From NCBI GenBank assembly GCA_905178155.1, contig CAJINV010000008.1, positions 3,229,303 through 3,293,302 on the forward strand: a stretch of DNA of 64,000 nucleotides, in the 5' to 3' direction. How positions within the stretch are numbered: position 1 is the first letter of the stretch; every line of letters begins with the position of its first letter. This document shows, piece by piece, positions 22,702 through 35,300 of this stretch. The notes beneath the pieces were generated by a model, which was not told the DNA's origin, made no database searches, and saw only the letters and a list, made by a program, of their open reading frames with translations. A program made the translations under genes and the position numbers. This DNA comes from Amoebophrya sp. A120. Its lineage: Eukaryota > Protista > Dinoflagellata.

Positions 22702-24139
22702 CTATGGTTTGCTAGATGAAAGAATTAGACTGTACAACACAATTGCGTTTTACGAAAAATGCTTTTGTTTCTTGCTTGCTTTTAGAAGTAGCTGCCGTAT
22801 TTACGTTCACAATCTCGCTTTGAGCAGTCGTTCTCGCTGTGCTTCTGCTTGTCTTTAGCTTTACACTGAAATCTTTTACATGCGTTGCATTTATATTCGT
22901 ATTTGTAAGCACTTCGAACGAGAGAGAAACTTTTCTGAAAGAAAAATAGGACAGTAGGAAAGATTTTTGTGTCTACATTGAAGATGTTGACTCGAACTTT
23001 ACGATGCGCCAATGCTTTTTACAAATACAGATAGAGAAGTCGCTTTCTACGACAAGAACGATGCCGCGGATTTACAGTCTACGCACGATAACTTTCGCTG
23101 TAGTCTTGAATGTTCACGATGGACTGACTCATGGTCATGAGAGAGACAGACACGTCCACCAGATAAGCCACAGCGAAACTGACCACCAAAATGCGCTTTT
23201 TTGATTGAACTTGAAGTTGAACCGAACGTTGACCGTGTCGTTTTGGATTTTCGTTTTGACGAGTAAATTAGATCCGCGTCACGAAAATTATGCCAGCACT
23301 TCTAGAGAGTACATCGATCTGCTTTGTTCTCGCAACACACGTCGTCGACTTCGATACACGATAAGACATGAAGAGGATCGCGACGAGGATGGAGCTTTTC
23401 TTGCGAACTGCCATTCACAGTATGCCACTGTACTAGATCTCTTTCCTATATGTGGTTCGTCTCTTATCTTTTGTTGCAACCTGCTATAGGAGAAGTTCGT
23501 ATTTGCGGCGCCGAGAAGACTTTTTGATGTACAAAAAGATTTTTTTTATGGCAACTACACTTATTCGTCCTTCCAATAGGTTACTGAGGTGCGAAATCGA
23601 AAATCAGTTAAGTGCAGTTCACAATTGAAGATCTACCAGATAGAGGCGCAGCTTTTCAATGCATTTCATGTGACTAAAAAACACTCACACGCGCGGCTTG
23701 TTGCCCTCTGCGCTTTAAGCTTCGCACCACCACCAGCAACTTCCAATTCACAGCTAGACCCGTTTCCGAAAGCTCCAGAATTATCTGCAAAAAGACCTAT
23801 TTAGCACAAGCGCAACCGAACAGACAGGCGAAACGAACAACATCCGGCAGTCGGATTACATCCAGAGAAGGACGACGCGGCAACAGTTTCTTTTTTGTAG
23901 AAAGTCATGTACAAATCAAGGAATTCTCCGCGGAGGTACTTGAGCAAGTACATCTAGTTTGTTTCCTCGGGAGCTGCGCAAAACATTTGCAACGCTGCTA
24001 AATCGGCTAGAGAACGATGACCTCGTCGAAGTAGCACAAACACTATGAAGTTGAAGAAAGTACTTAGATGAACTGACTTTATTTCGTTAACAGTACGACA
24101 TACTTATTTTCAATATCGGTCGTGCTCGGATGTTGAAGA

Positions 24140-24451
24140 TCATGTCTCATCTTCCACGCCCTCGAATAAAGTTGCGTCGCCACTGCTGGGTTCAGGTTTC
24201 AACTTGGCTACTACACCGGCCAGCCTAGCGCGTCGCTGCTCGAGCGCCGCGGCCCCGGGCGGTTGTGGTGCAGCCATTGGAGTGGCCGCGAGGGGAACCT
24301 TGTTCGCCGGCTTCGTTTCCACCTCGTCTCCAACTTTATTAGGCAAGGCGCCGGCCCGCGCCAAGGCTAACGTCCCGGGCATCGGAGGTGCCGGCGTGAA
24401 ACCCGCGAAGAACATGTCTGGCTGCATGCTCGGGTAGCTCGACCCAACCAT
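24140..24451 (-). CDS. Small Pro/Ala-rich hypothetical protein
   Basis: GC-rich ORF MVGSSYPSMQPDMFFAGFTPAPPMPG...EGVEDET* standing out from AT-richer flanks. Confidence 0.5.
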   Translation of the reverse strand: MVGSSYPSMQPDMFFAGFTPAPPMPGTLALARAGALPNKVGDEVETKPANKVPLAATPMAAPQPPGAAALEQRRARLAGVVAKLKPEPSSGDATLFEGVEDET

Positions 24452-24880
24452 CGTGTTCAGAGTTGAATGCTCCGCATTTTGCGAATGTGGAAGGAAAAAG
24501 GATTTCATCCCAACTTAACATTATTCCGACTGCACGATCTGATAAGTATCATTTCTTTTGAAACACGGGAAAAAGTCTTAGAACTAGAAGCAGAGGGACG
24601 CCGACCTGCCTCCCAGTACCGCCTGACGAGTCAAAATGATTTCTTCCAGTGGTCGACTTTTTCATGCCCAAAGTGCAAATTGTGCGACGTGTAGCTCCAT
24701 GCATACCGACCGCCCATGTGCGCGCGCAATGCCAATGGCTAGTGATAGTGAATACAAATATATTAGAAATAAAACGAAAACAAACAAGGCACCAGTTTTT
24801 ATGCTAGAGGAAGAACTTTCTGGCCTCGCATGCACAAGATTGAATGCTGACGTCTGACAGACGTCGTCTCGAATACAGTT

Positions 24881-27800
24881 TTACGAAATTGTGCAGCGGA
24901 ATTGGAGAGACGAAAATCCTTTTTCCCCGCATATGTTCATCAGGTCTTCCGCACCCAAGCCGTCTTGCTCTAGAGGGCCAGTTCCCCCCTTGCTCTTCGA
25001 TTTTTCCAGTTTTTTCTTTGCGCGGTTGCCGTATCTCTTTCCGGCTTTATTCGGTCCCTCTTGTTCTCCTTCTCCCTCAACATCTTCAGACCCGAGGCAG
25101 CAAAAAGCCCAGACGCACAACAAAATCGTCACCAAGGCCAGCACGGACGAACCGATCACGATCCCCATCGCTTTCCAGGTGAGCGCACCAAGGCAGCTCT
25201 CACTGTCATCAGCGTCGTCCTCGTTCGTGTCTTCAGTGGTCCCATTGGTTGTAGCGGAGCTCCTTCCCAGTTCTTGTTCAGAAGTCCTCTCGTTAATACG
25301 CCCGCTCCCTGCTTGCCCCGTCGAATTCTTGTCCGACGCAGGGAATTGATCGAAAAACAAATCGACGTTTGTGTAGTCGGGCAAGGGGTGGGTCCCTCCG
25401 CCCTGGCCAGGACCACCTCCCGGCGCATTAATCTCCTCCGCTACCCCAGGAGGTGTTGATCCACCTGAGAAAGTAGTTGTAGTTCTACTTTTGGTCTTCA
25501 CAATATAGGGGTGCGCGGTCGTAACCGCAGTCCGTCCCGACCACTCGCAGCCGACTAAAGGAATCTCTGTTATTTTGGAGGTAGAGTTGATGTGCCCCGG
25601 CCCCTCAGTGGCCGCGAAATAGTTCTGCCACCGCATGGTGCAGGGCCGCTGCTCTTTCACCACATCTTCCAGCGCGATGTCCAATCGGACCCACTCTCCG
25701 AGGGCAATGCGGCCCGTACGCGCAAGGCGAATTTGGTTGCCCCACGTGTTGAAGGGTAGGAGTATGAAAATGAAAAATGATCCCACCCTCCCCATAGATA
25801 GTACTCAACTGGAACATTGGCGTCCTGTGATAATTCGGGTACTACTCAAATCAGCTCTGTCTTGCACCAAAGAAGCACATGTCTTCGTTCGGTCTGCGAC
25901 CTTTTTGCGTGTGTACTGTCGTCTAGTAGTGGCTGAGACCCACGGCCGAAGTCGTGTCTGCTCTAGGCTAGTAGAACGCATTAACACAGATTGCCGAAAA
26001 TGCAAGATGTGCATTGAAGCTTGTGCTTCTTGTGCATGCAATGCAGAGCTTTTTTAATGGCCAAATCCAGCATCAGACACCCCCGTTTCTTGGTGAAAGA
26101 ACATCCGGAGGGGGGACTTATTTTCCTCGCGATACGGAGAGCCGCTTCGTCTTCGACGATTTGCTTTTGGAGATCGTCTTGCCGGTCCTGATTAATATCG
26201 CTTTCTGTTCCACCTCCGAGGTTCGTGTCCTGCAGCTCTCCTCCATTTATTCCCGCTCGGGCTGCACCACCAGCTGCGTCCTTATCCATTTTTTCGCTCT
26301 CTTCGTCCTCGTGTGCGGTCACTACTAAGACAACGCAGGACCCTTCCAAGGCGTCCCACAACTGAAAGAGTCCAGACTTGGAGTTCGCACTGCCATCCGC
26401 CCTCCAGTCCCAGGTCGGTATGCCCCGAAAAAGGATGATGACCGCAAGAGTTCGTACAGTGTATGATAATTTCAGTAGCTAAGCCAACATGAACAACATG
26501 ACGAGTGAAGTCGGATGAAAAATATTTGGAAGGTATTTTTCAAAATTTGCAAGAATGCAATTCACGACGCCTGATCGTATCTATAATGCGATCTATCATC
26601 CTTGTGCCGGGCGTAGACCTGTACCGGAGCAAATTATGGAGAAAAACCACCGCATACCTTGGCTTGCTTTCGTGCCCACCTTCTTCTCCAGTACTACAGG
26701 TTTCCGCAAGTTGCTGCTTCAGCCACGTTGCGCTGGAGGCCAGCTGGTTTAGGCTGTGACAGTCCTTCCAAGATAAACTACTTCCAGTGCCGGTACTTGT
26801 TTCCTCATCTTGCGCGGCGATTTTGTCCAGGCTATCGGTGCTGCTTTCGCCACACTGCTGATATCCTCCCGCCATGTAGTCGTCGCGGCACGTGTCCTTA
26901 TACTTGGACATCAAGGAACTGCTCGCGTCCTCTACTTTGCCGCAGGCTTGCTCGATTTCGGATCGATTTTCCGTGTACTCGCTTCCGAGACGCAGGCAAT
27001 CTTTCTTCGCCCGGAAAAGCTCCTCGCACACGCCTATCAAATGCAAAAATGTCTGGGTCTGGAAGATTTCTAGATTTGTCATGCATATTTTCCACGACCC
27101 ATGATGTCTGTGATGCATGCCGTAGCATCATAGATCTTTAGAGGGCCTTGTGATACCTCTACCGCATGAGAAATGCCCTCTCCACGCAGGACAAACCCGA
27201 CCCCTCTTGCTGCTCATGCAATACAGATTTTTTCAGAATCCAGAGATAGCATCACAACTTACATCCTTCCAGACCCAGATGACATTTTTGCAGTTGATAA
27301 CGCCGTCAAACGCCGGGTGCTCGTGTATCAAAGTGAAAAATCCCCCCTCCCCATATTGAAACGGAAACTTCTGTTGCTGGGCGTGTGTACACAAATCAGC
27401 CCTGTATTGCAGTGAGGCACTACAGGGCATAGCCTCAGCCTGCTTAGGGGCGTTTTGTTGTAGGCGCTCAGCATAGCAGAGGCCTGCGATGTTGGTGAAA
27501 CAGCATTACAAATCGCCTCCAGAAGGCGGCGGGTTCTTTGGATTTGCCTTCTTGCAAGAGAGACAGGATTTGTGGTCACAAATCAGCATCACAAATTTTT
27601 AGGAGCATACCTTTTCAATGTGGGGAGGGGGGATTTTTCCTCACAGTATCGTGCAGCGCGAAGAACCGCACCCGGTGGTTTCGCATCACTGAGAAGGCGT
27701 ACGCAGCGGAAAACTTGTCGAAAGCATCGACGGTTCCGCCCTGCGAGACCGCCCGCGGGAACCGGTCACTCACCAGATCCTCCGGCTTCGCCGCGCTCTG

Positions 27801-29825
27801 GGCCTGGAACACCAGCGCACGCATCCACTGCAGCCAAGCCATCACATTCCCACTGTAGCCGAACTTGTACGCTTCTCCGTGGTCCCACAGCGGCTGGTGC
27901 TCCGCGTGCCCGATCTCATTGCCACCGAGCACCGGATACAGATTCACCTTGTAGGGGGCCACGGCACCACCAGCAGCTGCATTTCTTCTGGTTCCTGTCC
28001 CTGCAGCTACACTACCATCCGCTGGATGCAAATAGTTTGGGAAATTTCCCACAATATTCTCGAAGTACGATTCGATCGGTATCGCCGTTTTTGCCCCTTT
28101 TTCCACCAGATCTCCCAGAACCACCACGTCGCGCAGCACGTCCTGGCCGTTTGTTAGGGAGGTCAGGATACCGCTTTGCTCCAGCTTTGCCTTCGCCGAC
28201 AAAGAATACAAGGTTCTTTCATGAGGACTAGAAGTTTCAGCGGCATTTCTAATTCCCGCCGGACTCGCGAACGCGGCTAGGGAGAAGAAGTCGAGCTCTG
28301 CGGATAAGGGGGGCGACGTTTCTGATGCCTCGGCGAAATTTTGGTGTTCCCACAGCCTGTACTCATCGAAGCTCTCGATTTCAGGAATTTGCAGCTCTTC
28401 ACTGCTGCATCTCGTCACTACTTCCCCGTTTGTCTTCACGAACTTCTTGTAGAACCCATCCGTCGTACAGACGTTGACGTTTTGAAAAGGATTCACCGGT
28501 TTCGTCTGTTGCTGCCACAATTGGAAGAACGGCCTGCTATAATTTTCATTTGGGATGCTTGGTGGAGGCTCTGCTGCATCTCGTGGGTTGGTTGGAGGCA
28601 AATAGTGGGGCGCAGGATGTGCTGGTGGCGCCAAAACGGCTCTGACTTTTGGACTGCGGGCAGGAACAGTTCCCGCCGAAAACGAGCGCTCCCCTCCGAA
28701 CGGCCTTAATGTGGGAGGTTTATTTTCGAAGGTCTTGTAGACCTGAGGGACATCAGGGACAGGATCAGGACCGCCACTATCTTCTCCTCTACCCCCTGAA
28801 GATGAAGATGCCATGGTCTGGCTCTCGTCACTGGCGGGCAGACTGCCTGAGACCAACTCACCATCGTGTTCATGCGCCTGCTGTGCCCCAGACGAGACGG
28901 ACGGAAAAAAGTCGTGGGCTTTAGTATCAACATCATGCAACGACCACGCGGATCTGGCTGTAGTTTCATGTGAATCGTATGATCCAATATTGGAAACGTC
29001 GGCGTGGAGGTCTTTGATGTTGTCTAAGCGGACGAACTCGCGATCGTCTACTTCTCGCAGCGCTTGCTCCGCGAAGATCTTCCGCGGTTTCACTGGATCA
29101 GTTTCTAGGCCTCCTGCTGTAGCTCCACCAGCTGCACTGTAGTCGAGCAGAACTACATCATGCGCTTGGTGAGCGCGATCCAGTAGTACTTGGAGCTCCT
29201 CATTCTGCGCAGCTGGACGACCTGGAGCAGTACTTCTAGCCGTTTTGGTTTTATAATTTTTTCCATGAGCTTCTGCTGCAGCTCCTGTGTCTAAAAATAA
29301 TGTCGCGGCGGGGGTTCTACTACTCCGAGGACTTCTCTCCTTCGTCTCGTCTGACTCCGATGCGATGATGATGTGGTCCTCTGCACTTTTTATTTTGTTT
29401 CGATCAGAAACGACCTCCGTGCTCTGCTTGGGAGAAGCACCGGATATTAACGCGGAGGACGTCGACGTCGAGAGAACTTTCACCTTCCTTGCCCTTCTGC
29501 TTATCCCACCTTGTTGACCCTGCCTTTTCTGAAGGAACAAGAACCGCGATGAAGCCGCATGTCGCTCTAGTTCTTGTACTTCTTCGTCGGCTACTGTTGC
29601 AGTTCTCGACGGGGCGCTTGCACTAGTTTTTCCTTTGGCCGCAGCTCCTGCGATTGCTCCACGCAGCTGCGAATGTTGCTGCCTTTGGCTTTGCTTCTCC
29701 GACAACAATAGATCGCTTGCAGGAGGTCCTGCAAAAGCGAAAATAAAGCTTCCTCCAGGCCGACTGAGGGTGTTGAGCAGAAACAAGGTCTGCTGCAAGG
29801 TGTGGTGTCTCGACCACGCCGGCAT
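24881..29825 (-). CDS. Large single-pass membrane protein with degenerate calcineurin-like metallophosphoesterase motifs
   Basis: Long first exon from ATG 29825, joined in frame through elements 27326 and 27035 (FFALHEHPAFDGVCEELF). Motifs DVVVLGDLVEKG, LYPVLGGNEIG, AVVFLHN, VVLVVTAHED, and a C-terminal helix GIVIGSSVLALVTILLCVWAFCC followed by a basic tail. Joining of the last two exons is inferred. Confidence 0.6.
27035..27299. mobile_element. Introner family A (direct repeat ACGCC)
   Basis: Alignable by eye over its full length with 2454-2715. ACGCC at 27030-27034 and 27300-27304. Confidence 0.93.
27326..27648. mobile_element. Introner family C (direct repeat TCGTG)
   Basis: TATCAAAGTGAAAAATCCCCCCTCCCCATATTGAAA...TTTCAATGTGGGGAGGGGGGATTTTTCCTCACAGTA, with TCGTG at 27321-27325 and 27649-27653. 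Confidence 0.9.
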
Positions 29826-32383
29826 CAAGCAAGAGGTGTCAACACGCGAGCAGGACGATTATTTGCAAACGTGGGTGAAAATGCTGACAGCAAGCTTTCA
29901 CTTTCAAGTTTTCCGCTGGTGCATGAAAGTCACACATTGGTTGGTTCGTTGTGGGGAAAAAATGTAAGTACTTAAGTTTATCTTTGCAGGGGCGAGTAGA
30001 TGATCAAGACTACATTTACTGGCATTTGCTAATCAGGAGGCTGGCAACGCATGCACCTTAGGTGCATGCGTTGTAGGTTGTACAGGGATATTTTATCAGT
30101 CTCAGCGGGATGCCATGCATCACCGTGACTTATATCGTCGCCATGGCAAACACGTCGTTCTGGGGGGTGTACATCTACATTCTGAAGAACTTCATAATGA
30201 ATGTTGGGAGATACAAACTTACACCTATAGTCTTGGTTTGAGAAATCACAATCAGCCGGCGCTTTTGATAATTAAAGGCGCAACTACTACTGCACGGGTA
30301 AGTCAGTGCCTGATCCTGTTGGAATTCTTATAATTTCAATTTGCATATTCATACATAATTCCCCCGGGTAGAAGGGTCCACACTCTTCTATCTGTTAGAA
30401 GTTAGGCCCAGGAACGGTCCAAACAAACCAGGAAATCGTGACCAGATACAACGGAAGAGCACAGCGGAATGAAACATCTGGCTGCGATAGAACGAAGATT
30501 TTTCTGTACGACTACGAGAACGAAGCATGGAACGACTTGTACGACAAGAACGACAGTATCAGTATCTTCATGTTATACAGCGTCAATAAACCATCAATGC
30601 GGCTTCAACCAACGATATCAAGCTGTTTATTCTTATCGGCACGAACAAGAAGTGAATCTTGACGAGTTACAAGTTCATTGCATCGTTCCAGATGTCGTAT
30701 CCTCATCTGTGAGCAAAGCGATGTACGTGGACGCGCATTAGATGAGCAGTGGTCAACATGATAGTTGCTGTGCTGGAGCAGAGTAACGCAGGGAGGGTCT
30801 TGCGAACAAAAAAAAGGCAAACAGAGCCCAACTCACCACCTCCAGGGTTTGCAATTTGTTGCCTGCTCCGGTTGACCGAAAACAAACAGTAACACGAAAA
30901 ATGCTACGCAAATCGCTGCGGTTGACATACGAAAATTGATTGGCTTTTTCATTGCATCTATCAAGGAAATCATGAGAACCTAAATTTTTCTCGAAGAACA
31001 ACAACAACAATGAGCGCGATACACAATCTTGCATTGGAATACAGCGAGCTACTCCATTAAAAAAAAAACGCAGAAACAGAAAGTGAATGCAAAAATCGGC
31101 AGGAAGACAATATTGCTATTTGTACCGTCTATCAGATACCTACCAAAAAAACAAAGAGCCACTCGCTTCCGATCGGTCGCCTCTTGTTGATGCGTTTGCT
31201 TCGAGAATTTTTGCGCAAAGACTTGCTTCTGGATTCGAAATTTTGTTACGGTAAGTAGTGCCAGTTCTTGAGTGCATAAATTTACCTAAAGGAAGCATAA
31301 TTGTATCGGTGTGTATTCCATTGCAATTCAGTTTCTTTTATTTTATTGACTTGTCAGAATTCGTCTATCTAATTAAGTGCCAACTTCTTCTCGCTGATAG
31401 CCATGAGTATTGACAGAAGAAGAGCACGAACAGGCTCGCAAAAAAGGCATCAGACTCCTTTCCTCTTGTAAAATTATTTGCAATAAACAGGTAAAAAGGC
31501 ACCACACGACTGCACACGAGGCAGATAGAGGCAATGTCACACATAAAAGGAAACAGAAAGTGATTGCAACTACACTGAGGGCAGCACCACGCGTCTACAG
31601 TCATCAAGCGCTATGCTTCGTCTCCACTCTTCCGTTTTTCTCATTCCTTCAAATATCTTCCGAATCCGATTTCGAACCGTGTAAGAGGCTTTGTAGTATG
31701 TGAAGTGTTCTTGTACTGTACTGTAGCAAAAGGAGCGTGAAAAAAAAGCAGGGAGCGGCAAAGCCATACCTGTAGGCCTTGTTGCAGCTTTTGCGACGCA
31801 CTCTGACTGAAGTTGTAACTGAGACAACAATCTGCGAGAAAACTCAAAGCTGACAAAATCTACGGTATAGTGCTGCTTTGCTTGGTACACACGAGAAAAA
31901 TGGACAGGTGATGGATTTAAAGACTACAACTAGTTGAAATTTCGGGTCGGATAGAAATCATTCAGGAATGTTGCAAGAACTTTGTTTAGTGGTTCGGTGG
32001 ATCGATGAAACAAGCATGCTCTTACTTCTGCCTCCGACGCGAGGTGGGGTAGTTTTCTACTCCTCTCTGCCATTCTTGCCTTTGAAAATCTATGCGTTCT
32101 CTCGAGGACGAAAAAGGTCCTCCCACGCTTGAAAAAAAAACTTCGCGAACTGAAAGTACTGGTAAAGTGAAAATCGAGGTAAAAGAAAAAGCAACTTCAA
32201 ACAAATTGTACACAGTAAAATGGATGCGATGAAACTCGTGTCCCTTTGATAAAGTAGTTTCGTTTTGGTTTATTTATTGACATGAAAGTTTTACCCCGAA
32301 CTCAAGCGCGCCGTACTTTTTTATCGGAGAGAAGACTTTTCGACTGGTCCGTTCTCGTCGTTCTGGTCGAAAGTAGTCGCCTT

Positions 32384-35300
32384 CTAAATTGACATCGTCG
32401 ACAGTTTACAGGCACGCCTGAGCCACGCAACGAAATGAGGCAGCGTGGAATTGAGAAGGACCAATTTATGACTTGATGTTGCAGTGGAACTGGTTGGACT
32501 ATCACGTCGACCTTCGTCAACAAAAATACAGCCTTCATCTGTACTCCCGACAACTGCCTGCCCAACTGAGGCTGTCGTCGCTGATGAAAACAAGTGAAAG
32601 TCGCCTGCACGACTAGTACTGCTCCCGTCGCTGTGCTGTGGAAACTCGAAGTCGAAGCCCGGCGAAAACTCAACGAGCACCTTCCCACTCTGTGTGATCT
32701 TGATCAAAACGTAGGCTAGCGGGCCCAGGCAGTGCAGGTGCGACTCGACGAATTTTCGTGTTTTCACGTCGGCGATCCCGCCCAGCAGGTTCGGCTCCTC
32801 GAGGTGGAGGAATAGATGCAGCCAGGAAAGGAGCACCGACTTCCTGGTGAAGTAGAGTGACGTTTGCCGGTTGTTCACCAGGGACAACGGCGCACCAGCA
32901 GGGTCGTGCATGTTACTGGAAGCCGTTGCACTACTGAAAGAGCCAGACATTCCAGTCATCTGCTGGTTGTAGGAAGATAACAACTTACTGTTGCTGTATT
33001 GCTCGAGCCGATCGCTCTGCATTTTCAAAGCGTCCACCTCATACAGTGCCGGCGGACCGTGCTTCAGCAAATTCAGCCGCTTCTGCATCCGCGGCTCTGG
33101 AGGTTGCTTTTTGACTGCTGGTGGCGCACCTGTGGCCGGGTCGTGACTTTGCATGATGCCTGCTTCTACTGTTGCAGGAGCAGTAGAGGCACTAGCTAGA
33201 TTCTCTACGGACCGGTCCGTTGACGGTACTTCAACTTCTACGACTGGCGGAAAATTGTAGTAAGTCGCATTTTTGCTTTCCTCCGCATTTTCACTTGACG
33301 TTCTTGCTGCGGCAAACTTGAGCGGTGTTTGTCGTGTACTGCTGCTTCGAAGGGGCCATGCTTTGCTCATTGCTTCGTTTGAAGATGCAGCTTCTACTAG
33401 TTGTACTTCCGGAGATACATTGGAATCTTTGCCGTCACCATTTGATTGCGTGTTTGAAATCTTGTCGTGTGCTGATGTCGGAGAGGACTCCTCCCGGATA
33501 TTTGCGCTCGTGAGACCACTTCCGCAAGTCACTACTTCTGCGGGTATTAAATCGACGTCTGCACCATCGTCCTCCACCTCCGTCGCACTGTTTGACGGAT
33601 CCTCGTCCGAAAACTGGGCAGCAGCTGCACCTGCAGCTACAACTACTTCGGCCCGCGTCTCTTCTTTTAAAGTCTCATCTTCTTCTTCGGTGGATAAAGC
33701 AGCTGCTACCTCCACCAACCGCCGGTGCTCAGGGAGCGGCGACAGACTCATCTTAGAAGAAAGCAGGCTGCTCGTCCGCTCCTTGTTGTAGATCTTGTTC
33801 CCAGCTTTGTCAAGATGAAACCCAGGAGGACCATCAGAACGAGGAATATCAGTAGAATCATGATCGATATAATCAGACCCTGTAGTTCGTGTTCGTCTTG
33901 TTGTAGAAGTTCCCGCTGTAGCAGAAGTCCACTGCAGCGGGGCTTGTTCCGCAACGACAGCTCCGAGGTGGGCCGCCGTGGAGCTCGTGGTCGTGCTCAC
34001 GCTCGTGCTTGCCGTGCTCAGCGTGGACCCGGTCCGATTTCTGCGGGAGACGAAGAACGAGTCGAGCTTTTTCAGAAACTCTTCTAAGTACGGCTTCAGC
34101 AGCTGCGCGGCAATGACCACCTTCTCGCTCCGCGTCAACCCAAACTCCTGCGGAATCAAGATTTTCGCGAGTTTCGAACGCACGAGGCGCTGCAGCTCGG
34201 TCGCTTGGTTTTTCCCGCGCAACAGTTTCTCCAAAAGTCCTGGATTCTTCCCGTAGTCATACTCGAGCATCCAATGCAACGTCGGGAACAGCGCAACCGT
34301 CTCGTTCAGCACCGTGGAGGACCGGCTATAACTTGTTGGGTTCGACGGGGGACCGCTGGAAGTTGCTGTTGTTCCACCAGTTCCAGTTGCACTCGCTTCT
34401 ATAACAGGCTGTTTTCCTGCCTCGCGAGGTCCTCGAGGTGGACTTCTACCTGGAGGATCGTCCACCAGCGGTGCGCTTCCTCCCGCAGCCGTGCTGTCCC
34501 GATGCGGGCCACATTCTTGCATGTTCACCTTCTCCTTTGCGTGCGAAACGGTGTTGAAGCTGTCATTTTTCTGCATATTACTCGTGGTCTTCAGCCGTTG
34601 CAACTTTTCGGCCATAGTGACCCAGCGCTTGATCAGATTTTGCTCTTCCATAGTCCGCGGACTGGCCGCAGCCGTCGACGCAACTGAGGTCGCAGCGTCC
34701 AGCAAGAGCCCGTCTTCCTTTGCCGTCACTAGCACCTGCTGCAAAAGCTCGGCGACTCGGAGAAGGGCCCCGCGCCTGTAGGAAATAGATATAGAATTTT
34801 GGTTCGTTGTTCATCAACATGCGTCGTCGTTTTGTTATTGTTTCTTCTTAAATATTAAAGGTAATAGAAGTACTCACAGTATGCGAGGCATGCTAAACCC
34901 CGTCGAATCTTCACCCAAAATCCTAAAACCGGCGCAAGACACTCCCGTAGGATGCGGATCACTTCTGTGGGAAGTACTTAATAAAGTCCTGAAACACGAT
35001 AAAAAGAGCGAAAAAGTACAGGAAAAAACAAAAAAGATTTTCATTTTTTCAATTCCACCACATATTATAGCTCGAAAGAGCTGCCTGCTTTTAAGTAATT
35101 CTTTACATGCTTCCAAACTCCTTCATCAGGTCCCGAATCGTTTCCTTAAGTTCCTCGTTCACAGGAGCAACCAGCACGGTAGATGATGAACTAGGCGAAG
35201 AGGTGGAGCCTTCCGGAAGAGGTCGATCTGGTAGTGCACCGGTGACAACATCACCACTAGGCACTTTAGAAGTATTCGTGCCGTTGACCACATTCAGTGC

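Noticed and set aside
30438-30741. Short plus-strand coding-like stretch (FLYDYENEAWNDLYDKND)
   Set aside because: Too short and motif-free to call as a gene or transposase remnant without a search.
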